A stretch of DNA of 32,000 nt. Origin: Candidatus Nanopusillus sp. GTDB lineage: Archaea; Nanobdellota; Nanobdellia; Nanobdellales; Nanobdellaceae. The notes under the pieces are model-generated. The model was not told the origin of the DNA. It saw nothing but the letters and a program-made list of their open reading frames with translations, and did not search any database. A program made the translations under genes and the position numbers. Positions 25,550 to 32,000 of the stretch are shown here, piece by piece; position 1 is the stretch's first letter; each line of letters starts with the position of its first letter. The stretch is from positions 30,001 through 62,000 of the forward strand of contig JAPWTZ010000001.1 of NCBI GenBank assembly GCA_028275775.1. Direction: 5' to 3'.

Positions 25550-26524
25550 TTAAGTTTTAGTTATTGGAATATTATATATATTTTCTTCATAACAATTATA
25601 TGAAAGGTTCATTAGAACATATGCTGGTATTTCTAAATTTGAATTTAATAAACTTTGAATTTCTGGATTATTTTGTGCTAATTGTTGTATATTTATACTA
25701 CATGATATTGTAGATGAATTTATTGGAACATTTTGTGTTGGTGTACATGAGAAACCTCCAACTCCATTTGGTATATTTATTTGATTTGCCGCAATAATAT
25801 CCAATTCTGCATTTACATTAAAAGTAGCTTGACTATTAGAATATACATTGCTAAAACATCCAACAGAATCTTGGAAAGATATTGAAAAATATATATTTCC
25901 GTTAGTTTCATTTACGTTAATAGTAGAAGATACTGGCGTTATTGGAGATGACGAATAATATACAGGTTCACTTAGTGTTATTTGACTATTAGAATAATTT
26001 AATTGTAATGGAATTAATATATTAGTAACAACATTTGATATATTATATTCTACAACAATTGGTATTTGAGTAGGTACTATTTGAAGACCTGGACTTAGAG
26101 AAACTTCAATATTTCCAATAGTAGAATTTGAAGGAATAAGTTGATTAGAAGAAGAATTATAAGTTGGCGGTTCTGCATTAAAATTACCTGAGTAAGGAGA
26201 AGATAAAGCATAACTATAAATATAATATGAAACTTCTAGTTGAGTATTTGACATTGTATAAATATTGTTAACATAAATAACAGGTAAATTATAATTTAAA
26301 CCACTTGATTCACTATAATTTAATGAAGAAGGAGCTTGAATATATAAATATACGTTTCCAGGCTGATTTAATGCCCATGAGGGTTGATATAAATTGGAAT
26401 TTCCCATATTAAAAAATCCTAAATTTCCAGATCCAATATTACCAATTGGACATGTAGAAAAATAAAATAGAGTAGTACCTGTAAATAATATTGGTAACAA
26501 ATATACAAATCTGCCCGACTTCAT
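25550..26524 (-). CDS. Hypothetical secreted/surface protein, Asn/Ser/Tyr/Thr-rich and sequon-dense
   Basis: N-terminal hydrophobic signal MKSGRFVYLLPILFTGTTLFYFSTC. I count at least eight N-x-S/T sequons (NYS, NSS, NST, NIS, NYS, NET, NSS, NLS). Almost no Lys or Glu. No family recognised. Confidence 0.5.
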   Translation of the reverse strand: MKSGRFVYLLPILFTGTTLFYFSTCPIGNIGSGNLGFFNMGNSNLYQPSWALNQPGNVYLYIQAPSSLNYSESSGLNYNLPVIYVNNIYTMSNTQLEVSYYIYSYALSSPYSGNFNAEPPTYNSSSNQLIPSNSTIGNIEVSLSPGLQIVPTQIPIVVEYNISNVVTNILIPLQLNYSNSQITLSEPVYYSSSPITPVSSTINVNETNGNIYFSISFQDSVGCFSNVYSNSQATFNVNAELDIIAANQINIPNGVGGFSCTPTQNVPINSSTISCSINIQQLAQNNPEIQSLLNSNLEIPAYVLMNLSYNCYEENIYNIPITKT

Positions 26525-26567
26525 TAAATATATTTTTACTTTATTAATTAAAAATTTTATTATAATA

Positions 26568-26885
26568 TTAACCTGAAGTGTTTGTACTATTTTGATTATT
26601 AGATGTTAATTCATTTAAATTAACATTTCCATTTAAGGTATTTTGAATAATATTAAAAGCCTGATGAGCATCATTGATAAATTGTATCGTATCATTTGCA
26701 ATAATCTGGAATGTTTTATATCTTTCTAAATATCCATAAATCTGATTATGATATAAATAAACCACTATTATCAAAATTATTAAAATTAATAAAGAAATCA
26801 ATCCACCACCAGAAGAACTGTCATTTTTCTTTATTCTTAAAGTAATAGTATTTGGCTGATTTAATTTAAGCTGTTTATTACTCAT
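26568..26885 (-). CDS. Hypothetical small single-pass membrane protein
   Basis: ORF track. One TM helix (GGLISLLILIILIIVVYLY) after a polar head of about 25 aa, then an Asn/Gln-rich tail. Co-oriented between the two surface-protein genes. Confidence 0.45.
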   Translation of the reverse strand: MSNKQLKLNQPNTITLRIKKNDSSSGGGLISLLILIILIIVVYLYHNQIYGYLERYKTFQIIANDTIQFINDAHQAFNIIQNTLNGNVNLNELTSNNQNSTNTSG

Positions 26886-27037
26886 ATAAAAAATAAAATT
26901 TTTGGATATTTATAAGTTTAACTAAAATATAATGATTTATTATTTTAAGAAATTGTTCAACCTGCTTTAAAAATAAAGGAACCATCATAGTAGAAAGTAA
27001 TAATATTAACATGATTATAAATTTTTATTTATGATTT

Positions 27038-28096
27038 TTAGGATATCTGTAAATAATCTATTTTAAGATAATTGTCTGTCTTTATCTCTAATAGATTCTC
27101 TGGCAATAAACAATTATATATATTTATCGCATATGCTCCAACAGATGAACTTATGTTATATATACAATTATTATTTAGTATAACTTCTCCAGAACCCTGA
27201 CCAACTACTATATCCAATATATAGTTTGTTAAATTATTTGGAAATGCTATATAAAATATATTGCTCTCCGATTCTATATATAGATTATTTATATTAACTG
27301 GATAAGATGATATTAGACTAATTGTATTTTCTCCAACATTTAAATATGGGGTTAAATAAAATAAATTAGAACATGAAGATAAAGGAATTGATAATCCATT
27401 TACAATCAATTCTACATTTTGAGGAGAATATGGACAAAAATCATAAAACATATATACATCTCCAGATATATAATAATAGTTAAAATTTAATGATGAAAAT
27501 TTTAGATAATTTATATTTATATTATTCAATATCCCATTCCCATTAAATATTATACTAGTTGGAGAAAATACTATTTTTAACTCATTATCTCCATTATATA
27601 AATAATTTGGAGAAACAAAGATACTTATTTCACCATTTTGGCATCCAGAATATAATTCATAATTATTTACATATATTGTAAATTTTCCATTATTACATGT
27701 AGAATATGCAGTAATATTTACTCCATTATAATTATTAGAATAATAGAAATACAAACTTTTGCTAACCGTTCCATAAAATATATTTGTTTCAAAATTCAAA
27801 GTCCCTAAATTAATATAATATACGGGAATATAACTTCCTATTGTATAATTACTCGCTATATAATAATAATTTTGACTTTTTGATAATTGTATATTTTGAA
27901 AAACATATTGTTTACTTATACTTATACTTATATTTGAAATATTTGAAGGAAAAAATAATGACATATTAGTTCCATTAATTAATTGTTGTAATACATATTG
28001 TTTATATTGATATGGAAGAAGTACCCAGTATATAAAAATTACTATACCTAATAATATAAAGAATATACCCAAACCTGTTGTTTGCAATTTTTTCAT
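27038..28096 (-). CDS. Hypothetical N-terminally anchored surface protein, Asn/Tyr/Ser/Ile-rich and sequon-dense
   Basis: MKKLQTTGLGIFFILLGIVIFIYWVLL anchor. I count at least eight sequons (NGT, NMS, NIS x3, NYT, NIT, NLT). Several Cys pairs. No family recognised. Confidence 0.5.
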   Translation of the reverse strand: MKKLQTTGLGIFFILLGIVIFIYWVLLPYQYKQYVLQQLINGTNMSLFFPSNISNISISISKQYVFQNIQLSKSQNYYYIASNYTIGSYIPVYYINLGTLNFETNIFYGTVSKSLYFYYSNNYNGVNITAYSTCNNGKFTIYVNNYELYSGCQNGEISIFVSPNYLYNGDNELKIVFSPTSIIFNGNGILNNININYLKFSSLNFNYYYISGDVYMFYDFCPYSPQNVELIVNGLSIPLSSCSNLFYLTPYLNVGENTISLISSYPVNINNLYIESESNIFYIAFPNNLTNYILDIVVGQGSGEVILNNNCIYNISSSVGAYAINIYNCLLPENLLEIKTDNYLKIDYLQIS

Positions 28097-28121
28097 ATTT
28101 TAATAGAATATTCTTTAATAT

Positions 28122-29138
28122 TTATAATTTATATCTTAATTTCCCAACAATACAAAATCTATCAATTAATTCAAAATTATTAGCATTATTATTTACAAAA
28201 TATATTTCTGCATCTATTTTATCTAAAATATTAAATAAATTTATAATTTTATCAATATTATTTTCTTCTTTCATTTTTTTAAAACATTCCTCAGAAATTA
28301 AAACATATTCTATATTATTATACATTGCATTATTATACACTTCATCATATCCAAATGCTACCATATTTTTTTGCATTAAATATAATATTTCTTCAATTAA
28401 TTTGTTTATTTCTAAAATTTCTAAGCTTTTCAATGTTTCATAATATTCTGTTCTTCTAACAAATTCATATATACCATTTACACCTCCATTAGATACCTTA
28501 TATATTTTTATATTTTTTATATTTAATTTATCCTTTATATAATCATAAAATTCTTCAGGATAAAATAATGGACCAATTATACATAGAAATTTAACATCAT
28601 AATCTTTTAATGTATTTAAAAATTCTGAAAATATTTTATATAATTTTGCTTTTTCTTCAGGATCTCCCTTATTTATCTTATAATATTCTTCCTTTATAAT
28701 TTTTATCCCATTATTTATTATACCCAAAGCTATCTCATTATTATCTATAGATATTACAAAAATATTTTCTTTTTTTCTGGAAGATTTTTCCAATATTTTT
28801 TCTTCATATTTTTTTATTTCTTCTTTTTTATACAATGTAAATTCTGAAGATATCCTTATATCAAATGTATGATAATGTCCAATAGAATCTTTATCACTTG
28901 AATCAATTATTTTTCCAGAAATCCTTAATGAATCTTTATATTCAGAAAATTTAATATTTTCAACTTCTATTTTTATTTTTATTTTTTTCTTTTCCTTCTC
29001 ATTCTCAAATTTTAATGTTCTATAATCATATCCTTCTATAATATCTCCTACATTAATTATTTTATATAAATATAATAAATCTACTTCATCTTCTACTTTA
29101 ATTTTTATTGTTTTTTTATCTACTATTTCATACTTCAT
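28122..29138 (-). CDS. pelA: Pelota / aDom34 mRNA surveillance factor
   Basis: N-terminal domain IKIKVEDEVDLLYLYKIINVGDIIEGYDYR (E-x-x-DLW/Y...GD signature). C-terminal eRF1-like domain VAFGYDEVYNNAMYNNIEYVLISE. Typical size of 338 aa. Confidence 0.85.
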   Translation of the reverse strand: MKYEIVDKKTIKIKVEDEVDLLYLYKIINVGDIIEGYDYRTLKFENEKEKKKIKIKIEVENIKFSEYKDSLRISGKIIDSSDKDSIGHYHTFDIRISSEFTLYKKEEIKKYEEKILEKSSRKKENIFVISIDNNEIALGIINNGIKIIKEEYYKINKGDPEEKAKLYKIFSEFLNTLKDYDVKFLCIIGPLFYPEEFYDYIKDKLNIKNIKIYKVSNGGVNGIYEFVRRTEYYETLKSLEILEINKLIEEILYLMQKNMVAFGYDEVYNNAMYNNIEYVLISEECFKKMKEENNIDKIINLFNILDKIDAEIYFVNNNANNFELIDRFCIVGKLRYKL

Positions 29139-30118
29139 ATTATTAATAATATTAAAGAGAGAAATATTGGAGGAACAAATGGTGCTCCTTCTTTTACTTT
29201 TACTTTTATATCATTGTATTCTCCTAATTTTTTTAATATATTAATTTCCTCTTTTGATAAACCAAATCTTCCAATAAACAATTTATTCTGAAATATATGA
29301 TAAAATATTATAATAAATGGCATAGAATAATAAAAGAAAATTTTGTTTAGAAAATAAAATATTAATGGTAAAATTATAGTAAATAAAATAATAAAAGAAT
29401 TTATCAATTTATTATTATTCTTAAATTTTAATATATATTTATTTTCTTTTTCATAAATATCAAAATATTTACTCAATATTTCTTTATCTTCTTCTTTTAT
29501 ATTATTAACTTCTATATTATCCTCTATCCAATCTCCCTCAACCAATTCATTTACATTTCTTATAAATGTTAATTTTTCTTCTAAATCTTTTGATATATAT
29601 CTAAATAAAAAATATGATATATATATGAAAATTAAAGAAATTAATAGATAATAAATATCAAAATATAAAAAGAAGAGGTTAATAAAATATATAGAAACCA
29701 ATACTGAAATAATATTAAAAATGGAAATATAATATTTTTTTCTATTTTCTTTATATATTTTAATAACCTCTATATTATGAAATATAAATCCAAACAATAT
29801 TAAGTAAAATAAAAATAATATTATCTTATATAGAGAAAAGAAAGATAACAGAAAGAATATTGAAAAGAAAATAAAAAGATCTCCAATAGCTAATAATCTG
29901 AATAAATATAAAAATGTAAAAAATAGAAGGATATAATATGAAAATATAAGATTTTCTGGATAAATATTCTGAATAATTAAATATAAAAAGTAAAAAACGT
30001 TAAATATCAACAAAATATATATTATTATATCATCTACAGATTTATATTTTATATCTTGATATGAAGAATATGCTAATATTATTATATCAAATATCAATAA
30101 AGGAAGCATTTCATTCAT
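29135..30118 (-). CDS. A24-family preflagellin/prepilin peptidase-like membrane protein (FlaK/PibD-like) with extra C-terminal region
   Basis: The first catalytic Asp context AYSSYQDIKYKSVDD resembles the FlaK N-terminus. The second candidate Asp is in LLAIGDLF, a GxGD-like variant. After about 6 TM helices come a charged soluble segment and further TM helices. ATGA overlap with pelota. Confidence 0.6.
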   Translation of the reverse strand: MNEMLPLLIFDIIILAYSSYQDIKYKSVDDIIIYILLIFNVFYFLYLIIQNIYPENLIFSYYILLFFTFLYLFRLLAIGDLFIFFSIFFLLSFFSLYKIILFLFYLILFGFIFHNIEVIKIYKENRKKYYISIFNIISVLVSIYFINLFFLYFDIYYLLISLIFIYISYFLFRYISKDLEEKLTFIRNVNELVEGDWIEDNIEVNNIKEEDKEILSKYFDIYEKENKYILKFKNNNKLINSFIILFTIILPLIFYFLNKIFFYYSMPFIIIFYHIFQNKLFIGRFGLSKEEINILKKLGEYNDIKVKVKEGAPFVPPIFLSLILLII

Positions 30119-30154
30119 ATAAAAAATAAAAAATACAATTCTTATAAATAATTA

Positions 30155-30208
30155 TTATGATGATGTGGACACAATCTGAATTAATGATGAAAGGAGTAGC
30201 TACTGATT
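30155..30208 (+). ncRNA. C/D box sRNA (2'-O-methylation guide)
   Basis: C box ATGATGA 30157..30163; 12-nt guide TGTGGACACAAT 30164..30175; D' box CTGA 30176..30179; 4-nt linker; C' box ATGATGA 30184..30190; 12-nt guide AAGGAGTAGCTA 30191..30202; D box CTGA 30203..30206. This is the canonical archaeal architecture in an otherwise unassigned spacer. Confidence 0.8.
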
Positions 30209-30236
30209 TTTAAATTTCTATATATTAATATTTATT

Positions 30237-30593
30237 ATGCCATTAATAATACCATCCCCAGAATATGCTAAAAGAAGGAAATTATTACAAATCAATAATA
30301 AAATTAAAAAATTAGAGAAGGAGGGAAGTGGAAAAATAACTTTGGTATTAAAGAAGGAAATAGATCTAAATAATGTTGACGAATCTTTAAAATTTGTATC
30401 AATGTTAAAAGAATTGGAAGGAAGAAACTTCTTTGATGAATTATACATTGTTAAATCTGATAAGGTGTTTGATTATTTGGATATAGAAAAAGGATTAAAT
30501 CAAAAAAGCATAGATAAAGAAAAACTAATAAAATTATATGATATAATAAGTAGACTTTCTGATATAATAAATAAAATTAAAAAAATCTATTAG
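30237..30593 (+). CDS. Hypothetical small charged protein
   Basis: ORF track. Lys/Glu-rich helical composition typical of this proteome. Preferred over the overlapping antisense ORF 30218..30448, which is low complexity. No family recognised. Confidence 0.45.
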   Translation: MPLIIPSPEYAKRRKLLQINNKIKKLEKEGSGKITLVLKKEIDLNNVDESLKFVSMLKELEGRNFFDELYIVKSDKVFDYLDIEKGLNQKSIDKEKLIKLYDIISRLSDIINKIKKIY

Positions 30594-31750
30594 TATTTAT
30601 ATTCTTCCTCTTTTATATTTTTAGGTAACAATAATCTCTTTATATTTTCTATATCATTCTCTAATATTTTTATTTTTTCTATTTCATTTATTATATATTC
30701 AAAATTGGCTAAATCAATAAAATTCTCTATTTTCTTTATTTTATTCATTAAATTTTCATAATCTGACAATACAGATTCTAATATATCTTTAGAATCATAA
30801 AGTTCTGCTTTTACTTTTCTTATTTCTTCCTTAATATTATTTAAACCTTCCTCTAATTTACTATATTTTTCATTAATTTCCTCAACTTTATCCATTTCAT
30901 TTATTCTAGATCTTAAGTCTACAACTAAATTATTTAATTCTTCAAATAATGCATATATGCTATTTAATCTGTTTTCGAAGTTTATGTACTTGTTATATAA
31001 TTCTTCATAAGCTCTAAATTGTTTTATATTTTTAATATCATCATTTGTTAATTGCAATAAATAATTCATATTATTTATTTTATTATTGATTTCAGAATAT
31101 TTTTCTTCATATTTCTTTTCTATTTCTTCTAATTTACTATTAATATTATATAGATCTTTTTCTTTTATCTCATTTATCATTTCAGATATTTTATTGTATT
31201 GTAATAGATCTTTAGATAAGTTATCTATTGTTTTAGATATTAAATTTGCTAAATTATCTACTTTTGCTTTTAGATCATTAAAATCATTAATATTTGTATA
31301 TGAATCTTCTACTTTATTTAACCTATCTATTAACTCTTCTATTTTATTTCTTAATTCTTTTATACTATTTATAGAATCCTCATATTTTGTTATTTTATTA
31401 CTTAGAGAATTTATATCAAGTTCTAATTTATTTATTTTCGATTTTATATTTACTATAGCAGAATAATCAACAAAGTTTTTCTGATTATTTTCTAATACAT
31501 CTACTTTTAATTTTAAGTCATTTAAATATCTTACTTTATCTAATAAATCTTCATTTAGTATTTCTTTATAATTATTTAATATTTTTTCTACATTTTTTAA
31601 TTCTTCTTTCAAAGCTTTTAACTGATTATTAAATTCTTCTTTATCTACAAAATTATTTAAGCTTCTTTTTATTTCAGATATTTTATTATTAAAATTTTTT
31701 ACATAGGAGAAAAATTCATCAATTAGCTCTGAATCTTTACTTAAATCCAT
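30590..31750 (-). CDS. Hypothetical long coiled-coil protein
   Basis: ORF track. 386 aa of almost uninterrupted heptad-like Lys/Glu/Asn/Leu/Ile sequence (for example LKALKEELKNVEKILNNYKEIL and IKELRNKIEELIDRLNKVED). No TM helix and no enzymatic motif. Confidence 0.6.
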   Translation of the reverse strand: MDLSKDSELIDEFFSYVKNFNNKISEIKRSLNNFVDKEEFNNQLKALKEELKNVEKILNNYKEILNEDLLDKVRYLNDLKLKVDVLENNQKNFVDYSAIVNIKSKINKLELDINSLSNKITKYEDSINSIKELRNKIEELIDRLNKVEDSYTNINDFNDLKAKVDNLANLISKTIDNLSKDLLQYNKISEMINEIKEKDLYNINSKLEEIEKKYEEKYSEINNKINNMNYLLQLTNDDIKNIKQFRAYEELYNKYINFENRLNSIYALFEELNNLVVDLRSRINEMDKVEEINEKYSKLEEGLNNIKEEIRKVKAELYDSKDILESVLSDYENLMNKIKKIENFIDLANFEYIINEIEKIKILENDIENIKRLLLPKNIKEEEYKY

Positions 31751-31785
31751 AAACTAATTATGTATGATAAATTTTATTAAACTTA

Positions 31786-32000
31786 TCATATATTTTTTAA
31801 TAATTCTTTTCTTATCTCATCAATTTCTTTTTTTATCATATCATATTTTAATTCTAAACTATACAATCTTTTTTTAATATCATCCATATCTTTAAATTTT
31901 AAACTTATTTCCATTAGAACTATTTTTAGATCCTCTAATAATTTATTATATTCATTATTTTTATCAATTATATTTTTTAATTTTAAATATTTCTCATAAA
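31786..32000 (-). CDS. Partial coiled-coil protein (N-terminus beyond window edge)
   Basis: Not in the ORF track. My minus-strand translation is open from the window edge to the TGA at 31786..31788: ...YEKYLKLKNIIDKNNEYNKLLEDLKIVLMEISLKFKDMDDIKKRLYSLELKYDMIKKEIDEIRKELLKNI*. Same composition as the downstream coiled-coil gene. Confidence 0.5.
   Translation of the reverse strand, partial: YEKYLKLKNIIDKNNEYNKLLEDLKIVLMEISLKFKDMDDIKKRLYSLELKYDMIKKEIDEIRKELLKNI

Noticed and set aside
26886-27037. A possible second C/D box sRNA on the minus strand (ATGATGG-like C box from ccatcat at about 26974..26980).
   Set aside because: The C box is imperfect. No CTGA D or D' box (tcag on the + strand) occurs in the spacer, and no second C'-like box is present.
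1-32000. Mobile elements, prophage genes, toxin-antitoxin pairs, restriction-modification systems or other defence systems.
   Set aside because: No transposase, integrase, nuclease-methylase pair, Cas protein or terminal inverted repeat could be recognised. Every sizeable ORF is either a recognisable housekeeping or envelope gene, or a compositionally typical orphan.

Overview
This is a very AT-rich, extremely compact archaeal window. Most genes are separated by 0-60 nt, several share 4-nt ATGA overlaps, and some convergent stop codons abut. The content is mostly core information-processing and cell-envelope genes. It fits a reduced, hyperthermophilic DPANN/Nanoarchaeota-like genome. The markers for that inference are a reverse gyrase gene that stops at the helicase/topoisomerase boundary, a two-subunit tRNA splicing endonuclease, an editing-domain-less ThrRS, TmcA/Nat10 and AglB; the taxon is inferred, not proven.

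Recognisable genes:
- Archaellum/type IV filament parts: two half-size FlaJ/TadC-like genes, three proteins with class III signal peptides, and an A24 prepilin-peptidase-like gene.
- Ribosomal and translation genes: rps28e-rpl24e-ndk, rpl44e, aIF2-alpha, nop10 and pelota.
- An N-glycosylation locus: aglB, a GT4 HexNAc-1-P transferase, a flippase and a PfkB kinase.
- RNA-related genes: thrS, endA alpha and beta, an RNA m5U methyltransferase and tmcA.
- Others: sufB, a Gins51-like gene and a PAC2/Pba-like gene.
- RNA genes: three intron-less tRNAs (Asp-GUC, Thr-UGU, Glu-UUC) and one textbook C/D box sRNA. The sRNA, rpl24e and nop10 were found by hand.

No CRISPR array, transposase, integrase or recognisable defence system is visible. 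The features that gene annotation does not explain are:
- a helically phased array of ten (A)TGTTAA boxes filling the 189-bp spacer between the reverse-gyrase helicase gene and tmcA;
- a tRNA-bounded operon of RNA-processing genes, with a tRNA starting directly after a stop codon;
- identical 28-nt 3' halves in tRNA-Asp and tRNA-Glu;
- an orphan cluster of sequon-dense Asn/Tyr/Ser-rich surface proteins.

All protein calls rest on motifs I recognise by eye. No database search was possible.
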